From assembly GCA_965223845.1 (NCBI GenBank), contig CBDCXR010000004.1, positions 3,168,001 to 3,232,000 on the forward strand: a stretch of 64,000 bases of DNA. Direction: 5' to 3'. Positions 27,049 through 38,300 of the stretch are shown here, piece by piece. The notes beneath the pieces are model-generated. The model saw nothing but the letters and a program-made list of their open reading frames with translations, was not told where the DNA came from and did no database searches. Origin of the DNA: Planctomycetota bacterium (GTDB taxonomy: Bacteria > Planctomycetota > UBA8108 > SXIK01). The first letter of the stretch is position 1, and the number at the start of each line of letters is the position of its first letter. Both the position numbers and the translations under genes were made by a program.

Positions 27049-29640
27049 CTAGCGCTCCACTTCGAGGAGCGCGCTCCATTCTCCCTCAAATCGCGTCCGC
27101 GCGCACAGTCGTGTCGTCGACGCCACGTGGATCGGTCCGTCGTATTTGACGGCCGCGTTGGAAACCGCGCCCCCGACTTCGCGAGGATCCGTTCCGTCGA
27201 CCGTGTAATAGATCTCGCCTCGAGACGACTCGAGGACGACGGCGTCGTCCGGCCCCTCGGACTCGGGCGAGTCAGATCGTACGATTTCCGGTCGCCCGAC
27301 CTCCGGGATCAGTCCCTGTTCCCAGAGCTGTTGTCGAACGATGTCTCCCCGCCGCGGGATGTACTCTGCGAGCACTCGCTCGACTTCCGCTCGCCACGCC
27401 TCGTCGCGCGTCAGCGGCCGAGATCCGTTGCGCTCGGGATTGGTGTCGCCCCACCGCGCCGACTCCGCGATCACTGCATCTTCGATCTGCCGCACCCGTG
27501 CCTCGAATCGCCCGCGCACTGCGTTCGTGGCGAGTGCGCCCGCGAAGTGCCGTTCGATGCGGTCGCCCACTCGCACCCGGAATTCCGCGTTCTCGAGGCA
27601 CTGCTGCCATAGCCACTGCGGATTGCTCATGCTCGGCCTCGAGCTCGCGGGAAACGGGCCGAGTCGATTCTGTTCGACGTCGAGAAGCGTGTGCTCGGCA
27701 TCCCAGACAAAGAAGCGGAATCCGTGGTCTCCGCTGCGACTGCGCATGCCGTACCAGTTGTTCGGATAGCGGTTGCCGGCGAACGCCGTGACGGGTGCGT
27801 CGAGGTTTCCGGCCCAGAAGATCACCAGCATGTAGTCGATCAGATTGTCGACGTCGAGGAGTCGTTCGTACTCGGCGTTTCTAGTTCCGTCCGCGTTGTT
27901 CCCCTGAATTCGTTCGTACGCGGCGCGCTCTTCGAGGCCGGGACGAGCGAGGTCGAGGAGTTTCGACCAGGCGTCCATATTGCCGTCGGTCGCGATGACG
28001 CCTTCGCCCTGCTTCGTCTTGACGACGTCGTAGTCTTCCTTCGCCCCACCGAGGTACGTTTCGCCGAACGAGGCTTCCACCCGCTCGCACGAGTTGTAGA
28101 GCCCCCAGTACTGGCCGTTCAGGTAGAGGTGGTAGTACTCGCCACGCGCGGCCGGGTGTCCCATCGCGAGCTGCGTATCGCGACTGAACTGGTCACGAAC
28201 GAAGAGCCCGCGTGGGTCGCCGCCGAGATTCCACGAGTAGTTCTGCGAGCAGCGGAGGTCGAGGTTGTCGAACTCTTCCGCACCGTCGCGCCCGAAGAGC
28301 GGGTAGCGGAGCTTCCCCGGCCCGTATTCCTTCCGAAAGAACAACCGGAAGCCGTGCTTCGGGTTCCCCGAGGTCCGGCTGAATCCACCGCGGATGCGGA
28401 CCCCGCAGTTCTCCCGGATGCCGGGACGATGATCGGGAAAGAACATCTCGAATGATCCGGGGCGCTCGGCTTCGCGGCCCTTCATTCGCGCATACGCGTA
28501 GATGCCTCGACCACCGAAGAGATCGTCGGGATCGAGAACGAGCGAGATCGACGGGAGCGATTCGAGCGACCGCAGGATGGCGTCCCGATAGCGAGGGTTG
28601 TCGACGATTTCGGGATCCATACCGTAATCGACGATGTTCCGCCCCCAGCGGTACGGCGCGTCCGGCGGAGGCAGACCGTCGCGCGATTGGCGGATGACGT
28701 CGCGGAGAAAGACGAACGTCGACGTCTTCGGCCGTCTCGGTGCGAGCCCATCGTAGAACGCGGCCGCGCGGACCACGGTCGTCTTCGCGATGCGCAAAGG
28801 CTCACGATAGATCTCGCCGGTTGTCTCCGTCGGCTCCGTGCAGTCGAGCGTGTAACGGATCTCCGCCGACGGCGTACGCGAGGAGAGGACGAGCGAGATC
28901 GGCTCTTCGTAGATCCCGCCGCGGTGACTGAACGAGAGCTTGCCGACGCGCTCGCGCTTTTCTTCGTCTTTCCTCTCCTCGATCCGAATCGCCGAGGGGC
29001 GAACGGATCCCGAGGGGCGCTCCGACGGCGGCCGACGAGACGGAGAGACTTCGACGGGTGCTCCGTCCGCCTTCTCGAGCGCGCGCCGCACCGTCGCGAG
29101 CTCCGCAGCACTCAGCCGGCCGTCGTCGTTCTCGTCGAACGACTCCCAGCTCCGGAGCTCCGGTTCGCGCCTCGCGCGGCGTCCTCGCCGCTTAAACCGA
29201 TCGCGGATAAAGAACGGAACATCCTTCGTCTTTCCCGCGATCGTGTCGTCTCCGAGAGCTTGAAACTCCCTCTCGTCCAGCCGGCCGTCGCCATTCGCGT
29301 CGTACTCACGCTGGAGCTCCTCCCAGCGTCGGCGGAGCTCCCTTCCCGCGGCTTCACTCTCCGCTTCGTCGAGCTCGCCGTCGCCGTCGACATCGAATCG
29401 CTTCACGACCTCGGGCGGCCAGCGAAAACCGCTGCGGCCGCGGCCGAGCGTTCCGAAAGGCTCGACTTGAGCCCTCCGCATAGCATCGCGCTCGCCGGCG
29501 CTCAGCCAGCCATCCCCGTTTTCGTCGAATCGCTCTCGCAGCTCTGCCCGTCGGGCTGCGATATCGTCATCCCCGTAAAGACCCGCCGAAACTCCCGCCA
29601 CGAACGCGACGAGGAGAACACTCTGTTTCGATCGATCCAC
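27049..29640 (-). CDS. Secreted CotH-like kinase with four EF-hand-like motifs and chitobiase/Fn3-like domains
   Basis: Signal peptide, DENGDGWLSAGE, DVDGDGELDEAE, DANGDGRLDERE, DENDDGRLSAAE, IRYTLDCTEP, RIRGGFSR, HLYLNGQYWGLY, NNWY, WDAEH. Confidence 0.82.
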   Translation of the reverse strand: MDRSKQSVLLVAFVAGVSAGLYGDDDIAARRAELRERFDENGDGWLSAGERDAMRRAQVEPFGTLGRGRSGFRWPPEVVKRFDVDGDGELDEAESEAAGRELRRRWEELQREYDANGDGRLDEREFQALGDDTIAGKTKDVPFFIRDRFKRRGRRARREPELRSWESFDENDDGRLSAAELATVRRALEKADGAPVEVSPSRRPPSERPSGSVRPSAIRIEERKDEEKRERVGKLSFSHRGGIYEEPISLVLSSRTPSAEIRYTLDCTEPTETTGEIYREPLRIAKTTVVRAAAFYDGLAPRRPKTSTFVFLRDVIRQSRDGLPPPDAPYRWGRNIVDYGMDPEIVDNPRYRDAILRSLESLPSISLVLDPDDLFGGRGIYAYARMKGREAERPGSFEMFFPDHRPGIRENCGVRIRGGFSRTSGNPKHGFRLFFRKEYGPGKLRYPLFGRDGAEEFDNLDLRCSQNYSWNLGGDPRGLFVRDQFSRDTQLAMGHPAARGEYYHLYLNGQYWGLYNSCERVEASFGETYLGGAKEDYDVVKTKQGEGVIATDGNMDAWSKLLDLARPGLEERAAYERIQGNNADGTRNAEYERLLDVDNLIDYMLVIFWAGNLDAPVTAFAGNRYPNNWYGMRSRSGDHGFRFFVWDAEHTLLDVEQNRLGPFPASSRPSMSNPQWLWQQCLENAEFRVRVGDRIERHFAGALATNAVRGRFEARVRQIEDAVIAESARWGDTNPERNGSRPLTRDEAWRAEVERVLAEYIPRRGDIVRQQLWEQGLIPEVGRPEIVRSDSPESEGPDDAVVLESSRGEIYYTVDGTDPREVGGAVSNAAVKYDGPIHVASTTRLCARTRFEGEWSALLEVER

Positions 29641-29641
29641 C

Positions 29642-32600
29642 TTATCGTCGCTCCTGGTCTCGCCCGCGCCTGACGCTCACAGAATGAAAAACCGCCGGTC
29701 GCGACGCGGTTGAAACCGCGACCGCGCCGAGGCGGTGGCCCCCGTCTTCGATCGAAACCGTCGGCTCGGTCGGACGCGCTTCCGTTCGACGCCACGCGCG
29801 AAGCTCAATCCGATCTCCGACGGATCGGAGCTCAACGGAAACGTCGTTTCCGATTCCCGCGACGACTCGCGTTCGGTGGAGCGCCCTCCGCCCGTGCTCC
29901 CACTTTCCGATGTGACACGAGCCGTCCTGTTCGACGCCCCCGTAGTAGAGAGTCGTCGTCCCGAGATCCACGTGCACATTTCCGTAGACGCTTTTGTCTC
30001 CCAGGTTCGCGGAGAGCTCGAGGGTCACGTCGCCGGAGAAGACTTCGTCCGACACGAGCCACGCGTGCTGGCCGCGCTCAGGATCTCGGGTGGCTACACT
30101 GAGACCCGAGGGAGTCTCGACCACGTCGCCGGGACAACACTGTTCGACGATTCGCCACCGCAGCGGTGAAGTGTCGTTGCCCTCGCCGTGTTCGGCGAAG
30201 TCGTATTGAACGGCGCCCCGGTCACCGGCGGACGGCAGTTCGAGACCGGCCGCCGTCGCGGCTTCGGTGAGAATCGTCCTCGCTTCGCTCGCCGCTCCAC
30301 TGTCCTCAGCCCCCTCGAGCAAACGGGCTTCGACGGCTTCCCAACCCGCGCGAAGCAGAAAACGCGACCGATGATGGGCCGGCTCGCGAGCGAGCGCGTC
30401 GCGGACGGCGCGGGCGAGATCGAGCCAGTCGTCGGGATCATTTCGATCGGAATAGAGCGCGCGTTTGATCGTCGCCGCCGCGAGGAGCTGCCGCGGAACC
30501 AGGGCTTCCGGGTCGGCGACCATCGCCCGCGTTCCGGCCGCGACCGCGTCGTCCCAGCGCGAGAGGCGAAGAAAGAGGTACGTAGCGAGTCGCTCGCGGA
30601 GCGCCGGGTCGGGCACTCTCTTCGCCCAGCGGATCCCCTCGGAAGCGTCGCTTTTCGTGACGTCCAGATACACGGAGACCACCCAGAACGGGAGAAGCTC
30701 GGGAGTGCCGTCCCGAGACGCGAGCCGCTCGAAGGTCCGGCGGGCGAGATCCGGTTTTCCCGCAAGGAGATAGATCCGTCCGAGGAAGAGGTCCGATACG
30801 AGTGACGCCGGGTGGTGCGCGCGAGCGCGAACGCAGTCCTCTTCGGCGAGGTCGTACTCTTCGAGGGCGAGACGTGCCGACGCGCGCTTCAAATAGCACT
30901 CGGTGAGAAAACCGGTGTACGGCGGATCACGATCGGTGTAGCGGTGGATCAGCTCCGTAAAGAGCGCCTCCGCGCCCCGGGGGTCGCCCTTCCATCGCAA
31001 GATGTCGGCTCGCTTACGAAGCTCGGTCCAGTGGCGCTCGTCCGGCGTTCCGCTCGAAGTCTTCGCGGTGTCTCCATCGTCATCCTCGACGAGCTTCGCG
31101 CGAAGGTACTCGGACGCCTTGAAGTTGGGGTCGACGTCGAGCGCGCGATTGAGCTCCGAGAGCGCGCGCGTCGGATCTCCGAGCACTCGGTACGCGCGAG
31201 CGAGATGGTAGTAGGCCTCGGGCTCATCGGGACACCGCTCCGTGAGCTCATGTAGCTTCTCGACCGCCCGGTGAACCGTGTTCTCGCCGCCGAGAGCCAC
31301 CACGTCCCGAAAGTCCGCCGGTTCGAACACCTGGAACCCGATTCCCGAGGCCCGGAGCGGGAGTGCGCCCTTCTGGAGGATCCACGCCCCCGAATCGAGC
31401 TCGCCCACGGCGTCGCGAAGTAGACCCGGATAGACGGCTCGTTCGCGCGCGATCTCCGCTTTCGAGCGCTGATTGGCGAGCCAACCGACGAGGGTGGCGG
31501 CGATGACGATCCCGCCGACGGCGAGGACGCGCGCGCGATTGCGCCGGAGCTTGCGGACGAGGGGCGGCCAAGTGCCCTCCGGGCGCGCTTCGATCGGCTC
31601 TCCCTTGGCGAAGCGCGCGAGGTCTTGCGCGAGTGCCTGCGCCGTGTTGTACCGGCTTTCGGGCCGCTTGCGCATGCACTTGAGCACGATGGTCTCGAGC
31701 GCGTCCGGCACGAGCGGATCGTGCGTGCGAAGAGGCGGCGGGTCTAGCTCCATCACTTGCCGGAGCGTGTCGAAGCGATCGCTTCCTCGAAACGGCGGAG
31801 AGAGCGTGAGCACCTCGTAGAGAGTCGCTCCGAGGGAATAAACGTCCGTGCGATGATCGACGGGAATCGTTTCACGCCGCGCCTGCTCGGGACTCATGTA
31901 GACCGGTGTCCCGACAACCTCGCCGGTGAGGGTGAGAGTGTTCAGGTCATCGAAGTACGCGAGACCGAAGTCGAGGATGCGGAGCCGTCCATTCGCCTCG
32001 ACCATGACGTTCGACGGCTTGAGATCTCGGTGGACGACGCCTTCGCGGTGCGCGTGGTGAAGTCCGTCCGCAACCTCGGCGAACGCCTTCGCGACGCGGA
32101 CGTAGTAGGACTGATCCTTCTCGAGGGGCGAGAACACCCCGCCGGCGACCGACGAATCCTTCGACCGTGTACCGGCGATGATCTCCGCGAGCGATTTTCC
32201 CGCGATGAACTCCATCGCGTAGTACGGAGTATCGGACTCAACGCCGAGCGAATGGACGCCGACGATCGCTTCGTGACGGAGCCGACCGGCCGTCTGCGCT
32301 TCGCGCATGAAGCGAAGGAACGCGGTTCGATCCGCCGCGACTCCGGTCGGAAGAATCTTCAGCGCGACCCGGCGATCCATCGACTCCTGGTGGGCCTCGT
32401 ACACGACGCCCATGCCGCCGCGACCGAGCTCGCGCACGAGGCGAAAGTCCCCGAGGCGTCGAAGCTGCATCGGCTCCGGCCGGCCGAGACGGACGAAATT
32501 CTCGAGCCGATCGACGACCTCGTGTCCGATCCCCGGATGTGCGGTCAGGACCGCGAGTGGATCGAGCTCTTCACCCGCGATCAGGCGATCGATCCATTCG

Positions 32601-32689
32601 CCGACCGCGTCCTCGATCGCTCGCTCGGAAGCGTCGTCGTCGAGCTCTGAACGGACCGCGTCGCCGAAGTCACGATCCGCCATCGCCAC
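29642..32689 (-). CDS. Hanks-type Ser/Thr protein kinase with TM, TPR repeats and C-terminal beta-sandwich domain
   Basis: LGRGGMGVVY, VALK, HRDLKPSN, DFGLA, GTPVYMSPEQ, DVYSLG, then a hydrophobic segment and TPR-like repeats (AYYHLARAY). Confidence 0.93.
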   Translation of the reverse strand: MAMADRDFGDAVRSELDDDASERAIEDAVGEWIDRLIAGEELDPLAVLTAHPGIGHEVVDRLENFVRLGRPEPMQLRRLGDFRLVRELGRGGMGVVYEAHQESMDRRVALKILPTGVAADRTAFLRFMREAQTAGRLRHEAIVGVHSLGVESDTPYYAMEFIAGKSLAEIIAGTRSKDSSVAGGVFSPLEKDQSYYVRVAKAFAEVADGLHHAHREGVVHRDLKPSNVMVEANGRLRILDFGLAYFDDLNTLTLTGEVVGTPVYMSPEQARRETIPVDHRTDVYSLGATLYEVLTLSPPFRGSDRFDTLRQVMELDPPPLRTHDPLVPDALETIVLKCMRKRPESRYNTAQALAQDLARFAKGEPIEARPEGTWPPLVRKLRRNRARVLAVGGIVIAATLVGWLANQRSKAEIARERAVYPGLLRDAVGELDSGAWILQKGALPLRASGIGFQVFEPADFRDVVALGGENTVHRAVEKLHELTERCPDEPEAYYHLARAYRVLGDPTRALSELNRALDVDPNFKASEYLRAKLVEDDDGDTAKTSSGTPDERHWTELRKRADILRWKGDPRGAEALFTELIHRYTDRDPPYTGFLTECYLKRASARLALEEYDLAEEDCVRARAHHPASLVSDLFLGRIYLLAGKPDLARRTFERLASRDGTPELLPFWVVSVYLDVTKSDASEGIRWAKRVPDPALRERLATYLFLRLSRWDDAVAAGTRAMVADPEALVPRQLLAAATIKRALYSDRNDPDDWLDLARAVRDALAREPAHHRSRFLLRAGWEAVEARLLEGAEDSGAASEARTILTEAATAAGLELPSAGDRGAVQYDFAEHGEGNDTSPLRWRIVEQCCPGDVVETPSGLSVATRDPERGQHAWLVSDEVFSGDVTLELSANLGDKSVYGNVHVDLGTTTLYYGGVEQDGSCHIGKWEHGRRALHRTRVVAGIGNDVSVELRSVGDRIELRAWRRTEARPTEPTVSIEDGGHRLGAVAVSTASRPAVFHSVSVRRGRDQERR

Positions 32690-33296
32690 CTCCTCCGTGG
32701 GGAAACGGCGAGACGAGTCGAAGGCTTCCGGTCGAGTCGCCGTAGTGGCGACGGAGCTCGCGAAGCGCCCGGGCGAGTAGCTTCTTCACCGCGTTCGGCG
32801 TGCGGTTCATCCGCGCCGCGACCTCGGCGATGGGGAGGCCATCGATGCGCGTGAGCGTCGCAACCTCGCGGTGATCGCCGGAAAGATCCGCGAGCGCGCG
32901 CTCGAGTCGCTTGCGCCGCTCCTTCCGCGCTGCGCGCGTCCCGGGTGTTGTGCGTCTGTCCGCGACGGGTTCGAGCACGAGCGTGACGCGCTTCTTCTGA
33001 CTCACCTTCCAGATCACGTGCTCGGCGATGCGGGCGAGCCACCGGAAGAATCGCTCCTCCCCCGACCAGACGAAGCTCTCGACGGCCGAACAAGCCTTGA
33101 GGAGGGTTTCCTGGACGACATCGTCACCCTCGATCGACTCGCGCACGCGCGGTCCGAGACGCCCTTCCACGTGACGCCGAAGGCGCGGAAGCTGCGTCTC
33201 GATGAGCGCCTCGAGCGCGCCGGGGTCTCCAGCGACGGCCCGCGCGGCGAGATCCTCGATGGGAGCTTGATCCACGGTGATCCGGTCCGTAGGCAC
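32670..33296 (-). CDS. ECF RNA polymerase sigma-70 factor (kinase-associated)
   Basis: Region 2 DDVVQETLL...FFRWLARIA and region 4 LSGDHREV...IAEVAARMNRTPNAVKKLLARAL. GTG start 8 nt after GAAGGA. Confidence 0.88.
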   Translation of the reverse strand: MPTDRITVDQAPIEDLAARAVAGDPGALEALIETQLPRLRRHVEGRLGPRVRESIEGDDVVQETLLKACSAVESFVWSGEERFFRWLARIAEHVIWKVSQKKRVTLVLEPVADRRTTPGTRAARKERRKRLERALADLSGDHREVATLTRIDGLPIAEVAARMNRTPNAVKKLLARALRELRRHYGDSTGSLRLVSPFPHGGGGDGGS

Positions 33297-33682
33297 GACA
33301 CCAATCCTTCGTCGCCCCGGGGGACGCCCAGCTCCGGGGATGTTCGACGATCGAAGCACCCGTTCCAAGATAGACATGGACGGCGCCTGCGGCCAGGGTG
33401 GTGCGGGCGTGACAAAAAAAAGTGAGGCGGAGCCGCCGCTGAATGACACGGGGCGGTCCGCCTCACACGTGAGGGTCAGTAGGAGGCGGAGCGGGCCCTG
33501 TCGCACTAGGGCGCCTGCTTCCGCGGACTAGAGTCGTCTCGACGCGCTGAGGTGCCGCGAAATCTTCGCGGATGGGTACCGAACGCGACGCGTACGGAAA
33601 ACGCGAGACCGACCGGCTCGTCCGCGGGAGCGATCACCTCCCGCATTGGGGTCGTCGAGTCGAAGAACCCCGAAAACCGAGC

Positions 33683-35248
33683 TCAGGGCCGAGTCCGTTC
33701 GGCCTTTTTGATCGCCTCGAGTCTCGCGAGGAGACTCTTGAGCCGATCCGGCTCATCTCGCGCGAGGTTCCGCGTCTCTCCGGGATCGTCCGCGAGGTTG
33801 TAGAGCTCGTGCTTGCCCGCGGCTTTTTCGTAGGTGAGCGCCTTGATCGGCTTCTCGTTCGCGTACGAGAGCACCTTCCAGTCGCCGACCCGGAGCGCGA
33901 GTGTCGGTCCACGATTCGGCTGCTGGACGAGATGATCGCGGCCCTTCGCGCCCGCCTTCCCGAGAAGGGCGCGCGAGAGGTCGAAGCTATCGGGGAACGC
34001 GGTCTTCGGGATCGATTCGCCCGCGAGAGCGGCGACCGTCGCGGGGAGGTCGACCGTGCATACGATTTCCTTCGAGACACCGGAGGCGATCGTCCCCGGC
34101 CAGCACGCGATGAAGGGCGTTCGCGTCCCGCCTTCGTAGATGCTGTACTTCCCTCCGCGGTAGAGTCCCGCGGGTCGGTGCGCACCGAGCTTCTCCTTCG
34201 CGCCGTCCTTGTAACCGTCGTCGAGGACGGGGCCGTTGTCGCTGCAGAAGACGATGAGCGTCTTCTTCGTGAGGCCGAGCCGCTCCACGGTCTTCACGAT
34301 CTCGCCGACGCACCAATCGAGCTGGGCAATCGCGTCGCCGCGGAAGCCGAGCTTCGTCGCGCCATGGAAGCGCTCGTGCGGCATCCGCGGGACGTGGAGG
34401 TCGTGCGACGAGAAGAAGAGAAAGAACGGCTTCTCGCGATTCGCCTCCATCCACTTCACCGACTGCTTCACCCATTCGTCGGCGAGGTCTTCGTCACGCC
34501 AGCGCGCGGACTTGCCGCCCGTGAAGAATCCGATGCGCCCGATCCCGTTGTGCACGGTCTGGTTGTGGCCGTGGCTCCAGTCCATTTTGAGCGTCTTCCG
34601 CACTTCCGGGTCTTTCCCCACCGGGTGGTCGGGTCCCGGGCGCTTCCGGCCGACCCAGAGCGGATCGGCGGGATCGAGCCCGCGTACGCGGTGATTCTCG
34701 ACGTAGACGCTCGGCACGCGGTCGTTCGTCGTCGGGAGAAGGAAGCAGTAGTCGAAGCCGATTTCGATCGGACCGGGCTTGAGCAGCCCGTTCCAATCGG
34801 GCGCCGGTTTCGCACCGAGGCCGAGGTGCCACTTGCCGACGACGGCCGTCGCGTATCCCGCTTTCTTGAGAATCGACGCGATCGTCTCCGTGCCGGGCTC
34901 GATGAGTAGCGTCGCGTTCGGCGGCGCGATCCCGGCGCCCTTTTGGCGAAACGCGTACTTTCCCGTGAGAAACGAGAAACGCGTAGGCGTGCACGTCGAC
35001 GCCGAGCAGTATCCCTGGGAAAAGCGGAGACCACGCTCGGCGAGCCCGTCGATGTGCGGCGTCTCGAGCTCGGTCGCGCCGTAGCAGCTCACGTCGCCGT
35101 AGCCGAGGTCGTCGGCCATGATCACGATGATGTTCGGGCGAGTTTCCGCGGTCGCCGCGAACGAAACGAAGAGCGAAACGAGGAGTGCGAAAGAGATCAG
35201 CGCGGCGGTCGAGCCGGGTCGCCGGACGGAAGAAGGGGACGTGTGCAT
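33683..35248 (-). CDS. Arylsulfatase family protein
   Basis: [38 protein letters not shown]. Confidence 0.93.
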   Translation of the reverse strand: MHTSPSSVRRPGSTAALISFALLVSLFVSFAATAETRPNIIVIMADDLGYGDVSCYGATELETPHIDGLAERGLRFSQGYCSASTCTPTRFSFLTGKYAFRQKGAGIAPPNATLLIEPGTETIASILKKAGYATAVVGKWHLGLGAKPAPDWNGLLKPGPIEIGFDYCFLLPTTNDRVPSVYVENHRVRGLDPADPLWVGRKRPGPDHPVGKDPEVRKTLKMDWSHGHNQTVHNGIGRIGFFTGGKSARWRDEDLADEWVKQSVKWMEANREKPFFLFFSSHDLHVPRMPHERFHGATKLGFRGDAIAQLDWCVGEIVKTVERLGLTKKTLIVFCSDNGPVLDDGYKDGAKEKLGAHRPAGLYRGGKYSIYEGGTRTPFIACWPGTIASGVSKEIVCTVDLPATVAALAGESIPKTAFPDSFDLSRALLGKAGAKGRDHLVQQPNRGPTLALRVGDWKVLSYANEKPIKALTYEKAAGKHELYNLADDPGETRNLARDEPDRLKSLLARLEAIKKAERTRP

Positions 35249-35349
35249 GTTGGACTCCGAGCAGCGGAAAGAGAATCGCGATGGCTCGCGCGGTAAGCAC
35301 GGAGCTCGCGCATTCTATCTCAGCTCGGACCGATCGCCATGAGTCGTCG

Positions 35350-38300
35350 TCATTCCTTTGGCACGGACAGAACGACCGCTTCTTCTTCGCCCGAACGCAC
35401 CACCAGGTCCCGCAAGAGATCCTCACGAACGCCGGGCAGCCGGTAGCGGAGTCGATAGGAACCCGGCGGGATGCCTCCGAAGCGAAACGTCCGGTCTTCG
35501 TTGACCGTGGCGGTGACACGGTGGAAGGCTTCCCCGGCCGTTTCGAGAATCACGCGTCGACCGGGCGTGAACGCGCCGGCGTCGATCGTTCCGCTCACTC
35601 GGCCGTGCTTCGTCGCGAGCGAGTTCAGATCGAGCTCGGCATCGACGGTCGCCCCCTCCGAAACATCCGCGAACACGATCCCCGCGGCCGATCGATCGAG
35701 TTCGAGCACGATGCGGAAGCGACCGGCCGGCAGGCCTTCGAATTCCATGGCGCCGGGCTGAGCGCTTCGCGACGCGCGGAACGGTACGCCGGAGCTTCCA
35801 AATCCGTCGAGCTGGAGGACGGAGATCGAACGTCGAGTGGAGACCGCGCCGTGATCGGCGACTCGAACCCGCAGGCGAGCTTCGTGACGAAGCGCGAGCT
35901 CGAGCCGCGCTCCGGACGTCACATCGCCGACGACGCGAGTGCCGAACTCGCTCCTCCACGCCGCGACACCGTACGACTCACCCGGTGTGAACGAGTCGAA
36001 GAGGAATCGACCGCCGGCGTCGGTCCGCACGAACCAGCTCGGCCCTTCGACGAGCGCCCGTTCCGAAAGGAGATGCGCTCCGAATCCGCCGCGAAAGAGA
36101 CGCACCGCAACATCCGCCAGCGGCTCTCCGGTCGCCGCGTCGGTGACGCGTCCCTCGATCGGTACCACCTTCTCCAGCCAGACGTTCACGCCCTCGATCC
36201 ACCCCTTCGATTCCACGTGAAGCCGATCGGTCCGCGCCGGTGCAAACCCCGGCGCTCGCACTTCGATCACGCACGCGCCGGGAGGGACCTCCCCAAACGA
36301 AAACTCACCGCTCTCGGAGTGCACCGGCTTCCATACGCCCGTCTCGCCCGCCGGAACGACGCGATACGAGACCGCGCGCAGTTCGAAACTAGCGACGGGA
36401 TCACCGCTCGCGGTGGCGACGACACGCCCGCGCACGCCACCGAAGCGCTCGAGGACGAAGTCGACTCCGGTCGCGTCGAGCTCGACGCCACGGAGATCGC
36501 CGCGCGCGAATCCCGGGCGGTCGGCGATGAGGTCGAACTTGGCTCCCTGACCGAGGTTCTGGAGCCGGTAGGTTCCGTCGGCGTTCGTGCGGGCTCGCTC
36601 GTGCACGCCCGACCCGTCCCTCGAAAAGGCGCGAACCTCCGCGCCCGCGATCGGCGCCCCGGAGGCGTCGACGACTCGACCCGAGAGTGAACCTTCCTGG
36701 AGACGGCGGAGGACAAACTCGAGTCCGATCGCGTCTCCCGAGACGGGAACGACGAACGATTGCTGCGTCGAAGTGTGGTATCGATTCGTACGCGGGTAGA
36801 CGACGAACGTTCCCGGTGCGAATCCGCTCACGCGAAAGGTGCCGTCCTCCGAGGTTTGTGCCTCGGGCATTCCGAAACGCGATGTCGTGCGAGCGAATCG
36901 GCGAGCGAACTGAAGGGGAAGCCCTCCGATCGCTCGACCGCGATCGTCGACGAATTTCCCCGCGACCTGGCGTCCAGGGGCGAGACGGACGTCCACTCGC
37001 GGTGTCGCAACGCCGCGACGAAGGGACCGAGCCTCGCTCGCTCCCGGCGCGTAGCCGGGAGCCGAGGCGATCGCGATGTAGGTCTCGCCGAAGCGGAGTC
37101 CACGGTACCGAAACTCGCCCGCAGCGTCGGTCGATTCCTCCCAAGTCTCGTACGACGACGACAGCGTGTCCGCCTCGCGGTCGTAGACGTAAGAAGAAGC
37201 GGACGCGACGACACGCACCGTCGCTCCGGGCACGCCGTTCCCGTCGGGATCCGACACCCGACCGGTGATCGTCCCACCGCGCTCGAGATCGATCTCGACG
37301 ATCTTCTCCGCTTCCCCATCCGCTACGCGCACGGGGTCGAGACGCGTCGTCCGAAAGTAGCCGGGCGCGACGTACGCCATGCCGCCGAGTGGAAACGCAA
37401 ACTCGTAGACGCCGGCGGGGAGGTCGATGAAGACGTACTCTTCGTCGCTCCGAATCGGTCGACGCACGAGGACGTCGAGTCCGACCAGCGCAAGTCTCTC
37501 GGCGATGCCGTCGTGGTCGAAGGCTCGACCCTCGAGGCGAAACTCAAGATCCGCGACCGGAGTCTGCGATTCTCCTTCTACGACTCGACAACGAAGACGC
37601 GCGAGCGGTCGAAGTCGAATCGTTACGGTGCTCCGTCCGGACTCGGAATCCGCTCGAATCTCCGCCGCGAGGCCGATCCCGAAGTCCCGGTGGTACGCGG
37701 TGACGGTCGAGTCGATCGTAAGGTTCTCCGGCCATGCGAATTCGCCAGTCGGTCCGGATCGCAACATTCGCCGAGTGTCTCCGAGCGAGAGAGCGACGAC
37801 TGCGTCGGGCACGGGACGACTGAGTTCATCCACGACACGCCCCGTGATCGTGTCGGCGGCGTTGTTCGGCGTCGCCGTTCGACTCTGGCCGCCCGAAGAG
37901 GCGCCTTCTACCGCACTCGTGTCTTCGATTTCCGTTCGTTCGGAAACGATCTCGTCGCCGCCCGGCGTCCACCGTTCAGCTCCCATCCAGATTCCGCCGA
38001 GCAGCGCGAGAACGAGAACGCCGAACCAGAGCTTCTTCATCGCAATCCATCCTCCGACAAGAACCGCTGGGGTCTCTACGACGGTGACTCCCGAGACGGC
38101 GAGCTTTCCGAGCGTCGCGTGGAGAGCAGGCGAAGCGGCCGCTCGCGCCTCGCCGGTGAGTGCCGCCCCGAGCGCGAGCGCGCTGATGACCACCCCGCGC
38201 TTCCGCAGGCCATCGCGAAGCCGATCGAGCCCACGCCCCACACGACGGTGGACAGCGGATCGAGTCAAGCCGATCGAATCCGCGATCGACTGCTGACTCT

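Noticed and set aside
33410-33422. A-run / TGTCAC upstream of the kinase-linked ECF as a promoter
   Set aside because: No -10 element at an appropriate spacing could be identified.
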